A DNA stretch of 64,000 bases, taken from the NCBI GenBank assembly GCA_049512315.1, contig JBEKXF010000017.1, forward strand, positions 1 to 64,000. The letters run 5' to 3'. Below are positions 19,648 through 30,541 of this stretch, piece after piece; the first letter of the stretch is position 1; each line of letters begins with the position of its first letter. This DNA is from Candidatus Aminicenantales bacterium. Lineage in GTDB: Bacteria > Acidobacteriota > Aminicenantia > Aminicenantales > Saccharicenantaceae. A program made the translations under genes and the position numbers. The notes under the pieces are model-generated. The model was given only the letters and a program-made list of their open reading frames with translations, searched no databases and was not told the DNA's origin.

Positions 19648-20691
19648 TTATCGGGTTCGGCTCTGGATTCCCTGGACGACACCTTCAATGAGCGTGAAGA
19701 CCGAGTTCAAGCCGACTCTTTCCGTATCTTTTGCCGCCGGATAAGACGCTATTCCAAAGGCAGCCGCCTTAGAGTATCCGAATATGACTTTGAGAGCGGC
19801 CGCGAGTTCCTTAGCTCTCGGCCCCTTGGGCACGGGCAGATCTGCTCCGGGAATATCGGAAGGCTCGAGCACGTCGAGGTCGACATGAACATAAATACGA
19901 TCGGCAAGGCTGGAAAGCCTTTCCATCTGTTTCGATATGGCGGGGGAGAGAGTTTTAATATCCTCAGTCCCAATCTGCTCAATCTGGCTCCTCTCGATGA
20001 GTTCTTGTTCCAGAGGATCGGTATCCCTCACGGCGACCATTGTGACATATCGTGTTGGAAGCGCGGGATCAAGACCGCAGGTTTTCCTGAGTCTTTCCAG
20101 GCCGAGTCCGCAGCAAATGGCCACAGGCATTCCACCCAGCATTCCACTCAGCGTTGTCTCGGGAGTATTGAAATCGCCGTGGGCGTCGATCCAAACGAGC
20201 CCCACCCTTAACGGCCTCGGGTTGGGGCCGGAATGCTGGATGCCGGCAAGCATTCCTATGAGTCCGTTACAGTTTTGAAGGAGCCCGAGAGGAAAAGTCC
20301 CTTTCCTTATCTGAGCCGAAACAGCTTCGGCGAGGTGTTTTGAAGCGAGGCCAAAACGGTGCTGGGTTCCATACTGTCTTTCCTCATCGGCCGTGAGCTT
20401 GGCGGTGAATAACTCTGTAACCCTGCCACCCAGGCGTTCGAGAAGCTTCGCAAGACCTCCCCGCTCGATGGCATTGGGCGAGTCCTGATTTTCAGGGAGA
20501 CCCCACTGACCGGTTTGGAGAAGCTTATCGATGCCGATATCAACAGACACCAGCTTAGCCGATTCCGAATTCCCGGATGCTTCAGAAGCATTCCCGCTCA
20601 TCTTAGGAACTCCTCCTCTCAGAAAGCCGTCGGAGGCAAGAACCAGCAGTGAAACAAGGGCAGGCGCCAGGATCAATTTATGCCCCTTCAT
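19648..20691 (-). CDS. Arginase/ureohydrolase family protein with signal peptide
   Basis: WIDAHGDFNTPETT.SG, GMP and YVHVDLDVL motifs. Confidence 0.85.
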   Translation of the reverse strand: MKGHKLILAPALVSLLVLASDGFLRGGVPKMSGNASEASGNSESAKLVSVDIGIDKLLQTGQWGLPENQDSPNAIERGGLAKLLERLGGRVTELFTAKLTADEERQYGTQHRFGLASKHLAEAVSAQIRKGTFPLGLLQNCNGLIGMLAGIQHSGPNPRPLRVGLVWIDAHGDFNTPETTLSGMLGGMPVAICCGLGLERLRKTCGLDPALPTRYVTMVAVRDTDPLEQELIERSQIEQIGTEDIKTLSPAISKQMERLSSLADRIYVHVDLDVLEPSDIPGADLPVPKGPRAKELAAALKVIFGYSKAAAFGIASYPAAKDTERVGLNSVFTLIEGVVQGIQSRTR

Positions 20692-21049
20692 GATTGTTTT
20701 CTCCTTGGATCACGATTTTTGTCATGATGACGTCTCAACGAATGATCAGATGTTTTTTTCAGCGGAGCTACTACGCATCTCCTCATTTTCCTCTTATTAT
20801 ACGTTTTTTATTATACATCGATTCACCCCATTTTTGAAATATTTACATAACTCATTTTAGACAGTTGCGAGGCCATTTTGAAAATCCGTTATTGCATAAT
20901 CAACAAATTGCGGCCGAAAAAATGCGATATTTCACGGAAATGTATTGCCGAATTAGTTTCCGGAACATCTTGACATAGGTCTTTTTTCCCCGGGAGTTTG
21001 ATGTGGTTTTTTTTGGATACGACCAGTATCTGTGTCCACCGGGCCAAAG

Positions 21050-21427
21050 AGACGGACTGGCGGCCGATCCTCCATCATCGCGACGACACGTCGATCGGGC
21101 ACATCATTGCCGAGTTCCTAGCGCTTCGGTTAGAGCTCGACCTGCAAAAACGACTGATGAATCGCAGTCTGGACGTGGCCTGGCCGACGCTAATGGGAGA
21201 GCTGGGCCGGGTTCAAGCAGTCCGAGTGAAGGCCGACGGACAATCTTTTGTTTTACGGACGGATCTTGAAGGTACGGCCCATCAAGCGTTCCAGGCGACC
21301 GACGCTCGGCCGCCGTCATCGGTGACAATGACGAGTTGAGATGAGAGACCGCAGTGCCAAAGTCTTTTTGCGCGCTTGTAACTCGTTCATTTACATGAAG
21401 ATCGAAAAACAAACTATCGAAAATGAG
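21050..21427 (+). mobile_element. IS1634-family transposase C-terminal relic with right end
   Basis: RPILHHRDDTSIGHI...FLALRL...RTDLEG..HQAF; ends in AAACTATCGAAAATGAG. Confidence 0.65.
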
Positions 21428-21592
21428 TCAAAAGCATGAAACGATCGTTGTTCGTCACGGGCAGAAGCACAGAGCGGCATAAGGCGGGGGCCGCCCCTGC
21501 CGAGCTAGGACAAAGAGGGCCCCTGGTTTACGGAAATAACTCCCGAGTTTGATGCCGGAGCGGCGGCCACCCGAACAGGTTTTCGGCGGCCT

Positions 21593-22267
21593 CTAGACCG
21601 CAGGCTTGTTATTATAAACCTGTTTTTCCAGCCATTTGAGGGAAATCCTGATATGGCGGCGCATGAGCCTTTCCGCCTGATCCCCGTCACGCTTTTGGAT
21701 GGCCTTGATGATAGCTATATGCTCAGCATAGGTTTTTTTAGGCGGGCGAACCAGACCTTCTTGAGAGGTCAACTGATAGCTTAAAGTGATGAAATTGAAT
21801 GAGTCGAGGAGGTCGGTGATCATCCCCGCTTCCCCGGCGGAAATCAGATAATTGTGAAATTCGCGATCTTCCCGGGCATAGCGCTTGACGTCCCCGAGCA
21901 GGTCCTTTCCTTGAAATTCGGCAAAGAACCGCCCGACTCGTTTCAGTTGTTCATCTGTCCCCTGGATAGCCGTGCGACGTGCTGTCAGTCCTTCCAGGAC
22001 TTCTCGGATTTCGAAAATCTGGATCATTTCTAGTTGGGTGAAGAGTCGGACGAAATAACCTCGCCGGGAAACCGCCAAGATCAGTTTTTCGTGTTCAAGT
22101 CGTTTCAAGGCATTGACCAGCGGCGTTCGACTGATGCCCAGTTCCTTAGCCAGGTTGTCTTGGAGGATCTTCATTCCGGGCGCGAGCTTGCGGCTGATGA
22201 TCATCTCTTTGACGGCTTGATAGACGTGGTAATCAAGGTTGTGATGAACATTGCCTAGGATAGCCAT
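21593..22267 (-). CDS. GntR/FCD family transcriptional regulator
   Basis: LAKELGISRTPLVNALKRLE, EIREVLE, DREFH and EH..II.AI motifs. Confidence 0.9.
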   Translation of the reverse strand: MAILGNVHHNLDYHVYQAVKEMIISRKLAPGMKILQDNLAKELGISRTPLVNALKRLEHEKLILAVSRRGYFVRLFTQLEMIQIFEIREVLEGLTARRTAIQGTDEQLKRVGRFFAEFQGKDLLGDVKRYAREDREFHNYLISAGEAGMITDLLDSFNFITLSYQLTSQEGLVRPPKKTYAEHIAIIKAIQKRDGDQAERLMRRHIRISLKWLEKQVYNNKPAV

Positions 22268-22348
22268 GTTTACCTCATGTATTGCACTCAGTATATTGAA
22301 TTTAACAAAACCAATATAAAATAACCATCTATGGGCGATTTTGTCAAG

Positions 22349-23342
22349 TCTAAGACTGAAAGACAAGGTTTACACTTAAGGCTTTGTTGGATAGGCTTAG
22401 CGCATTCAGGGAAGGAGAAGTCTTATGGTAAACCACGATCCCACCAGGAACCAAAAATGGCGACTGGGCGTCCTCAGGCATTTCGAGGAGGTAACCCACA
22501 ATGTATCCAAAACCTGTAGGTACTTCGGAATCAATCGAAACGCCTATTATAAATGGCGGCGAAGATACATTGCGCTTGGGGAAGAAGGCCTCTTAGACCG
22601 TTCCCGTCGCCCGCTCCATATCCCCAGGGCAACGAATACCGGCATACTGGCGGAAATCATCTATCTGAGGCAGAACTACCATTTTGGACCCTGGAAAATC
22701 ATGGTCTATCTCGAACGCTACCACGATATCCACATCAGTAACTCCGGCATCTGGCGTATCCTTAAAAAGCTCCAGATGAGCAGGCTTCCGGTCAACCAGC
22801 GTTATAAAAGACACCAAGAGCGTTGGAAGAGATACGAGAAGCCAATGCCTGGGCATCGGATCCAAGATACCCGTAAGCGATATTATCAATACACGGCCAT
22901 CGACGATTGCACGCGCCTTCGGGTCTTGAAGATCTATGAAAAGAACAATCAAAAAACGGCGATTTAGTTCATTGATTATGCGCTATCCCGGCTACCGTTT
23001 AGGGCGGAGGTGATCCAAACCGACAATGGCGCCGAGTTTCAAGGGCAGTTCCACTGGCATGTGCTGGATAAGGAGATAAATCACGTATATATACTACCTC
23101 GGCGACCGCGGCTAAACGGGAAGGTAGAACGGAGCCATCGGAGCGACGAGGAAGAGTTTTATCGGATACTCAAGGGGGTCGTTATAGACGATACAAAGCT
23201 GTTTAATGAAAAACTCAAGGAATGGGAGGACTTCTACAACTACCAGCAGCGACCCCATGCCGCGCTTGCTGGAATGACCCCTTATGAACGCTTCCGGGAA
23301 AAAGCAGGGCTTCAGGTGTAATCGATCATGGTCAGACCCACA
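22349..23342 (+). mobile_element. IS481-family element with inactivated transposase (22425-23321)
   Basis: HTH, TAIDD, IQTDNGAEF and NGKVERSH motifs. In-frame TAG at 22965 and an internal deletion after HRIQ. Imperfect 27-bp IRs share CTGA and TTACAC; the right end is ACA. Confidence 0.85.
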
Positions 23343-23363
23343 GGGAGAGAGCCAAAAAAGCAT

Positions 23364-23625
23364 GATTATAAATAGTCCATGTTCTTCTTGGCTACCATGA
23401 GCACGACCTGGTCGAAGACATGGGAGGACGGAGGCTTCGCTACCATAACCGTCATCTTGGGGTGGTCAATGATGCGATCGACAGCCCCGCAGTCGTTGAT
23501 GAAAGCGACGACCTTCATGGTGCCCCACACTCAGGGCAGATCATGGGGTCCACCTTATAGACTTTCCGAATCATCTCGGCCCAGCCCTTGGAAGGGATGC
23601 GCCGGACATCATTCTCGACCATCCA
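23364..23625 (-). mobile_element. IS91-like transposase C-terminal relic
   Basis: WAEMIRKVYKVDPMICPECG / MKVVAFINDCGAVDRIIDH, frameshifted. Confidence 0.65.
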
Positions 23626-23658
23626 GACGGCCAAGAGAACAAGGCTCGCCTTATCAAA

Positions 23659-25878
23659 TTATTTAATCCGGATCAACACGACGTCATCCGGGGGAATGGT
23701 TAACTCCTCGCCCTCTCCGGTCAGGTTCCCCGCCATAAGTCGGGCCGCCTCTTTTCCGAGAATCTCGGCCGAGGCGATTGACGTTAAAGAATTCGGCAGC
23801 TTTTGAAGATCGATTCGGCAGCGAACCTTCTTGGGATTGGAATCGAGATTGGCCAACAGAATATAAGCCTCTCCCATTTTGCTGTAGACCGCCGTCAGGC
23901 AATCCCGGTCGTCGAGCCTAACAGCTTTGTTGCGCCAATCCTCGAATTTGTACTGCTCGATATCCCCAAGCGGCTTGAGGATCTTGTAGAGGGCCATCGC
24001 CTCATTGCTCGCGGGCCAGGGCGCCACCGACGTCATCAACGTGGTGATCGCGTGCAACTGGCGCAGCCGCACCGGAGCATTCTCGTCGATGGTCCCGTAT
24101 CCGATCACGGCGCGGGGACGGGCGCCGGCGAAATCCCATTCCAACGGCAGCTCGTCGGGCCGCGGCATGGACACCGAAATCGTTCCATAGGTGAATTCCA
24201 TGCCCACCACGTAGTTCGCGAAGTTCTCCGTGGTGAACATCGGCACAAGAGTGTTGTGCAAGATCATGACCCCTTCCGGGCCGATCCGCTTCCGGGTCCA
24301 TTCCATGAGCTGGACCAGTTCGTCAATGTCCCAGTGGCCGGTGGGAGAAAGGGCAAGGGCGCCCAGACCCTCCGACCCGTCCACCGAATTCGAGTTCCTT
24401 CCCATATGCAACGGATTGTTGCAATACAAACCGATGTTCCAGTCGTAGTACACGCCGTCGAACTTGTGATTCTTGAGCACTCGGTCCACGGTGAATTTGA
24501 AGTAATCGAACCAGCCCGACTTCAGGCACATGTGGGCACCGTAGAAGTAATTTGGCCTCAAGTTGCCTTGGTCGTCGGGCTTGCGGCCCCACTCCTGCGA
24601 TTTCTCCCAGAATACCGCGCTGCTGGGGTGGAACTCGTGATTGGAGAAGTACGGAGCGGTCTTCATGCCGTATTTGTGGATCAGGTCAATGACCCCGTCC
24701 ATCTTCTTCATCTCCTCGGGTGGATAGGGTGGGTAGCTCCCATCACGCCAGAAAAGGCCATCCCCTATTTCGTCGCCGTCGTTATGCAGGTGCATCGTCA
24801 CGATGCCGTTCTCGGCGTTTTGTTTGATCTGTTCCTCGGACACCCAGTTGCCCCCGTTGGCCCGGTAAGACATGTTGAGCCAGGGCTTGTTGGCATGCCC
24901 CTCAAGAATGGGAAAGCCGATATAGTAATCGAACGACCACTTTCCCTTGAGCGTCGCCGATCCGCCCAGACGGAGCGGATACACCAAAACCGCGACGCCG
25001 AGGGGGTTGGCGCTTGTCCGCAGCTCGCAGAACCCAGTCCCCGGCCGGCCGGTCGCCTGATAGTCCCACTGGGAAAGGTCGTCGGATATGAACCATTCGA
25101 TCCCCTCGACCCCGTGGTTGGCCAGCACGAAGTAACGCGGCACGTAGCGAGTCTGATAGGGCAGGTCAAAATGCGTGCCCGCCCGGATTTTCCCCCATTG
25201 GCTGATCGGACCGTTCCAGCTGAACAGGTTCGTCCCCGGTTCCTCGAAAACGGAGGGCCGGAAGCCGTAGTCAGCCAAGCTCGGGTCAACCACCGTCGAG
25301 AGGACACACAGATTGCGGAGCATGACGGGATCCTTCTGGACGGAAACTTCCTTGTGAATACGGATATAGCCCCACCGATAGGTATAGATCGTTTTGACGG
25401 CAATGCCGCAGGAATTGCCATTCGTGTCCAGGAGCAGGCTTTCCACAGTCACAATGACGGACTTGCCGTCCTTGGATTGAACAACCGACGGGGAGGCGTT
25501 GTTCAGGTCGCTGAACGTGTCCTGAATCCGAGGCTCGCCCGACCCTGCCAAATCTGTGGGCGGGGCCGCATCCATTTTCAAACGGACGGTCGTCTCCAGC
25601 GGCTTGAGGATTAGATTCGGCGCCTTGCCGTAGGTCAAACTGATTTTCTCGATAGCTCCACCCTTCTTCAGGTCATGTTGGATAGTATAATACGGCGTGG
25701 AGAGGATGAGTTTTCCAGCAGTGTCATCACGGCGAACGGAATAATCCTGGGGCCACCAACCCCTCGCCGCCGGCTTCGGCTGGGCTGGAAGCCGATCAAC
25801 TAGAATCAGAGTCAATAAGGCGAGTCCAACCCTGAAGAGAACAGACGCCTTTCTCAAGAACCGTTGTTTTCCTGACAT
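23659..25878 (-). CDS. Secreted glycoside hydrolase-like protein (DUF6067-like TIM barrel)
   Basis: IHKYGMKTAPYFS, MCLKS.W and FDGVYYDW motifs; signal peptide; GGAGG RBS. Confidence 0.65.
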   Translation of the reverse strand: MSGKQRFLRKASVLFRVGLALLTLILVDRLPAQPKPAARGWWPQDYSVRRDDTAGKLILSTPYYTIQHDLKKGGAIEKISLTYGKAPNLILKPLETTVRLKMDAAPPTDLAGSGEPRIQDTFSDLNNASPSVVQSKDGKSVIVTVESLLLDTNGNSCGIAVKTIYTYRWGYIRIHKEVSVQKDPVMLRNLCVLSTVVDPSLADYGFRPSVFEEPGTNLFSWNGPISQWGKIRAGTHFDLPYQTRYVPRYFVLANHGVEGIEWFISDDLSQWDYQATGRPGTGFCELRTSANPLGVAVLVYPLRLGGSATLKGKWSFDYYIGFPILEGHANKPWLNMSYRANGGNWVSEEQIKQNAENGIVTMHLHNDGDEIGDGLFWRDGSYPPYPPEEMKKMDGVIDLIHKYGMKTAPYFSNHEFHPSSAVFWEKSQEWGRKPDDQGNLRPNYFYGAHMCLKSGWFDYFKFTVDRVLKNHKFDGVYYDWNIGLYCNNPLHMGRNSNSVDGSEGLGALALSPTGHWDIDELVQLMEWTRKRIGPEGVMILHNTLVPMFTTENFANYVVGMEFTYGTISVSMPRPDELPLEWDFAGARPRAVIGYGTIDENAPVRLRQLHAITTLMTSVAPWPASNEAMALYKILKPLGDIEQYKFEDWRNKAVRLDDRDCLTAVYSKMGEAYILLANLDSNPKKVRCRIDLQKLPNSLTSIASAEILGKEAARLMAGNLTGEGEELTIPPDDVVLIRIK

Positions 25879-26048
25879 GACAAACCTCCCTTTGACAAAA
25901 ATCGGGAAAGGGGGGAGCCTCACGGGCGCCGCCCTCCCACCATTCGTTTTCTTGCCTGCCGCGAAGCCTCCCTCCCGTGCTTTTTCTTCTTTAAACGAGC
26001 TTTTAAATCGGAGTTCTTCATCGTCACAGGCTAAATGCTTCCGCCAAT

Positions 26049-26760
26049 TTATTTCAGACGAATAACGACGGCGTTATCCGCAGGAATCGTGATATTTTCT
26101 CCACCTCCCGTAAGCTTCCTCACGTCAAGGCGGGCAGGCCCGCTGCCGGAGATGATTTCAGCGGAGGAACTGGAAGATGCAAGCACAACAAAGTCTTTGA
26201 GCCCGACGCGGCAAACGACCGTCTTTGGTTCGGCATTGAAGCTCCCAAGAATGATATAGGTCTCGTCAGGCCAACTATAGCCAGCTGACGCGCAATCGAA
26301 CCCGTCGATCTTCACGGCGCGTTCCTCCAGTCCTCGAACTTATACCGCTTGAGATCTCCCAAGGGCTTTAACAGTTTGAAGAGGGCCACGGCTTCTGGGG
26401 AGGCACGCCACGGGGCCACAGACGTCATCAATCCCGGGAACTCCATATGTTGACCCCATCGATGCGGTGCCCGGGAGTCGATGACGCCGTCCGAAATCGC
26501 CGCCCGGGAGCGAGCTCCGACGAGATTCCACTCCAAGGAAAGCTCCCAAAGTTTCGGGAATGATTCCGATTCCCCAGAGACGCCGTTCGAAGTCTTACCC
26601 ATGTGAAGAGGATTAATTACAGTAAAGGGCCAGGCTCCAATCGTAATAGACACAGTCGAACTTGGGATTCTTGAGGACTCTGTCAATGTACAATTTAAGA
26701 TAGTCCAGCCAACCGGACTTCAGGCACATATAATAGCCGTACTCCCAGGTCGATGGTGCT
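26049..26760 (-). pseudogene. Degraded paralogue of the adjacent glycoside hydrolase-like gene
   Basis: Fragments MCLKSGWLDY, LEWNLVGARSRA, KFEDWRN and TIPADNAVVIRLK match 23659-25878 in several frames. Confidence 0.8.
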
Positions 26761-27204
26761 GTCAAGCATTTTGAGTAAATTCTGCTAGAGGACTTTTTGG
26801 AAAAATGGGCTCTTCTTCCTTTCATAAGAATGTCGCTTTCAACCCTAATAATGGAAAAGTGCCTTATCTTTCACCGCTATCCAATTTCACACATAAAATA
26901 TTAAACGACCTTGATCAGCAGTTTAAATCGATACCGCGGTTTCCATACGATGTGATACGTGTCCCGGCAGGCACAGTGGGCTTGCTTCCTTATCTCCATG
27001 TCCTGGTTTTATCATATCTGATCGAAGACTTAGGTCCGCTCTTCAGCTACGGGTTTACGTCCGCAGGTTTACTGCGGCACGAGAAATAATGCATAAAAAT
27101 CCATTTAAGATACCAAATTGTCCATTGAAATTCCCAATGGCTGTCTATAAAATGCAAAGAGAATAATGTATTTTGTATGTAATACAAGTGTTTGAAGGAA
27201 ATAA

Positions 27205-30200
27205 TTGTTTTATTATTTCTTTGTGAATGGATGGAAAAAGGGAATTTATGAACCCCCTGAAAATCATCCGTTTTTCATCCTCAGAGGAGACGGCCCAAAA
27301 AAAAAGCTGGGTTTTTGTCTTGTCGCCGTTTTAGCGTTTTTTGGGGCCATCGGTCTTTCCGCCCAAGAAGCGACCGTCAAAGAGGAAAAACAGGTTATTA
27401 AAACCTATCCCTTTTCGGGCGGTGATCCTACACCGATCATGACCCGATCGAGCATGTGGGGGGGAGGGAGTAAACTTTATCCCTATTATTTCTTTGACGA
27501 AATGAGCCTTTCCGGAAAGGACCAGACGTGGAATATTGTCCGGCTGGAAAATCCGTATATCCAGGTCGATGTCCTCCCTGCGGAGGGCGGCAAACTCATC
27601 GGGGCCACGGAAAAAAGCACAAATAATAATTTTATTTATGTGAATCATGTGCGGAAATATCGGCAAATCGGGTTACGAGGGCCATGGACTTCGGGCGGAA
27701 TTGAGTTCAACTTCGGCATCACTGGACATCAAGCGACGACGGCTACGCCCGTAGATTACCTGACGTGCAAGAATCCCGACGGCAGTGCTAGTTGTGTCAT
27801 CGGGATCATGGATCTTCCGTCACGGACCCACTGGAGCGTGACAATCACGGTCCCGAAGGACAAAGCTTATTTTGAAACACGCTCTCTTTTCTACAATCCG
27901 ACACCTCTCGACCAGGCATATTATGTCTGGATGAACGCCGCGAACAAAGCCAGCGATGACCTAGAATTCATCTTTCCGGGAACACAGTTTATAGGGCATG
28001 ATTACGCCGCTCAGAAACGGCCATGGCCGCTTTACGAGAACGGGCGGGATCTTTCGTATTACAAGAACCATGACTTTGACGGTGGGCCCGACAGTCTATT
28101 CATTTTCGGCAAGCTTGAGGATTTCGCCGGCGGTTATTGGCATAATTCCCAGTTTGGCTTCGGTCATTGGGCTTTGTACGAGGATATGCCCGGACACAAA
28201 TTCTTCCGTTGGTCGCTCTCGCCATCCGGAGCCATTTGGACGGATCTTCTTACGGACACGGACGGTCCATATTTCGAGCCACAAATGGGACGTCTTTTCG
28301 ATCAAGAAGACCATGAATTCCTGACTCCCTATTCGGCCGACCGCTGGCGCGAAATTTGGTTCCCTTATAAAAAGATCGGTCCCATGGTCAAAGCGTCGCC
28401 CATTGGAGCCTTGAATGTTAGAAACGAGGGAATGTCTCTGTTCGTAGGATTCTGCGCCCTTCAGGATCTCGATGAAGACATTGTCGTTTCGGCCAAAGGG
28501 AAAGAAATTTATCGGGAGCGGCTCCGGATGAAGCCGATGGAAGTTTTTGAGAAAACACTTTCGGCCGCCGTGGATATAGGGACGCTGCTGGTGACCGTCG
28601 GCCCGACCTTGACTTATTCCGATGATCCTAAAGCGAATGTCGTGGATCGGCCCATTAATTTCCGCGTTTATGATGAAACGACTCCTGAGGGACTTTACCT
28701 TTCGGGCGAGCGCAGCCAGAAAGAGCGGAATTATGATGAGGCTTTAAAAAAATATATGACCTGCCTTGAGCGGGATCCTTCCCATCTGCGAGCTCTGACG
28801 CACATCGCAGAGATCTATTGCTGGAGAGGGGAATATAGCGTGGGACTGCTGTTTGTCCGTAAGGCGTTGGACCTTTCCATGTATGACGCCGACGCGAACT
28901 ATATTTACGGTGTAATCTCCCGGAAAATGGGAAAATTCATTGATGCGAAAGAGACGCTCGGCTGGGCGGCCAGGTCGATGAAATACCGTTCAGCCGCTTA
29001 TTGTCAGTTGGCGGAGATTTATATTATGGAAGGCCGTCTCGATCTCGCCCAGGAATATGCCAAGAGATCTCTGGAGTACAACGTCAACAACGTAAAAACC
29101 TATCAGATCCAGGCCACTATTTTCCGGGCTTTGGGGCAAGCCGATCAAGCCCGAAAAACGTTGAACATGCTGCTCGACCTTGATCCGTTGAATCATCTGG
29201 CCCGTTTTGAACTATATCTTCTTGAACCGAATCCGGATAACTTAGCGAATTTCAAAGTGTTGATCAGGAACGAGATGCCTTATGAAACCTTTCAGGAGCT
29301 AGCGATCTCTTATGTAAATTTGCAGCGTGAGGACGACGCGCTTAAGCTCCTGGACGTTGCTCCCGAATACCCGACTCTTGCCTATTGGCACGCTTATCTT
29401 TTGAGAGAAAAGGACCCTCAGAAGAGTCGCGAATGGTTGACGAAAGCCTCCGGTTTATCCCCCTATCTCGTATTTCCGTTCCGAGAAGAGGACATCCCTA
29501 TGTTCAAATGGGTCAAGGGCGTCCTCCCCGACGACTGGAAGGCTCCATATTACTTGGGATTGATTTACTGGGGAAAATCGCGGAATGACGAGGCCCGCGC
29601 AGAGTTCGACGTCTGCGGCGACAAACCCGACTTTGCTCCCTTCTTTGGGGCCCGCGGCTATCTTCAGAAAGGCATTGATGATAAGAAATCTATTCTGGAT
29701 TTCGAGAAAGCCCTGGCTAAAAACGCCAAGGATTGGAGGAACTGGCACCATGCCATTACGGCCTTTAATGAACGCGGCCTGTTCGAGAAGGCGCTTCCTC
29801 TAGCTAAAAAAGCCGCCGTCCTTTTCCCGAAGGAATCTGTCGTCATCGTCGACCTGGCCAGAACATTCATGAACGAAGGGCTTTATAAGGACAGCTCCGA
29901 TGTCCTCCAGAAAGCGACGATCCTTCCTTTTGAAGGTCAAAGCGACGTCCATACTCTCTTCATAAGGGGATTAGTTTGTCAGGCGCTCCAGAGCATGAAG
30001 CAAGGCCGCTACCCTCAGGCCATTAAACCTCTGGAGGAATCGAAAACTTACCCGGAACGGCTGGGAACGGGAATGCCCTACAATCCCGATTACCGTGTGC
30101 AGGATGCCCTCCTGCTTTTATGTTGCAAGAATATGAAGGACCTCAGTGGGGCAGACGCTGCCCGGAAGCGCATCTTAGATTTTGCTCCCTGGGCAACCCA

Positions 30201-30330
30201 AAACATATTGGCGTTCTCAGAGCAGCAAATCGATGAATGGTCTCGAACCTCCTTGTCAACAGGAGACGAACGCAAGGCGCTTGAGGACCTGTCGTTGCTC
30301 ATCCGGGGAAGAAGAGAGGAGAGGCAATAA
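27205..30330 (+). CDS. DUF5107 domain plus TPR repeat protein
   Basis: LEN.YI.V.VLP..GG, IGLRGPWTSGGIEFNF and a TPR-rich C-terminal half. True start uncertain. Confidence 0.8.
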   Translation: MFYYFFVNGWKKGIYEPPENHPFFILRGDGPKKKLGFCLVAVLAFFGAIGLSAQEATVKEEKQVIKTYPFSGGDPTPIMTRSSMWGGGSKLYPYYFFDEMSLSGKDQTWNIVRLENPYIQVDVLPAEGGKLIGATEKSTNNNFIYVNHVRKYRQIGLRGPWTSGGIEFNFGITGHQATTATPVDYLTCKNPDGSASCVIGIMDLPSRTHWSVTITVPKDKAYFETRSLFYNPTPLDQAYYVWMNAANKASDDLEFIFPGTQFIGHDYAAQKRPWPLYENGRDLSYYKNHDFDGGPDSLFIFGKLEDFAGGYWHNSQFGFGHWALYEDMPGHKFFRWSLSPSGAIWTDLLTDTDGPYFEPQMGRLFDQEDHEFLTPYSADRWREIWFPYKKIGPMVKASPIGALNVRNEGMSLFVGFCALQDLDEDIVVSAKGKEIYRERLRMKPMEVFEKTLSAAVDIGTLLVTVGPTLTYSDDPKANVVDRPINFRVYDETTPEGLYLSGERSQKERNYDEALKKYMTCLERDPSHLRALTHIAEIYCWRGEYSVGLLFVRKALDLSMYDADANYIYGVISRKMGKFIDAKETLGWAARSMKYRSAAYCQLAEIYIMEGRLDLAQEYAKRSLEYNVNNVKTYQIQATIFRALGQADQARKTLNMLLDLDPLNHLARFELYLLEPNPDNLANFKVLIRNEMPYETFQELAISYVNLQREDDALKLLDVAPEYPTLAYWHAYLLREKDPQKSREWLTKASGLSPYLVFPFREEDIPMFKWVKGVLPDDWKAPYYLGLIYWGKSRNDEARAEFDVCGDKPDFAPFFGARGYLQKGIDDKKSILDFEKALAKNAKDWRNWHHAITAFNERGLFEKALPLAKKAAVLFPKESVVIVDLARTFMNEGLYKDSSDVLQKATILPFEGQSDVHTLFIRGLVCQALQSMKQGRYPQAIKPLEESKTYPERLGTGMPYNPDYRVQDALLLLCCKNMKDLSGADAARKRILDFAPWATQNILAFSEQQIDEWSRTSLSTGDERKALEDLSLLIRGRREERQ

Positions 30331-30541
30331 TCTCGAAAGACGGTGCGTCTTGGAGGAAGGTTTGAAGCGAAGGCTATCTCAACATCATTTTATCTATCCA
30401 GAGGAGGTGGGATCGAAGAAAATGCAAAAAAATCAGCCAACAGCCGGGTCAAGCCAGCTATTCATAGCTGAGGACCCAATGGAGGAGGCCCTCCGCCGAG
30501 CTGCCGGAGGGAACAAACGAATTCCTAAGGGAGGAGAATGT

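Noticed and set aside
937..22967. Three in-frame TAG codons (937, 18706, 22965) suggesting amber recoding or pyrrolysine
   Set aside because: Each is one transition from CAG or TGG. Two lie in genes with other lesions, many intact genes end in TAG, and no pyl genes are seen. Ordinary nonsense mutations are more likely.
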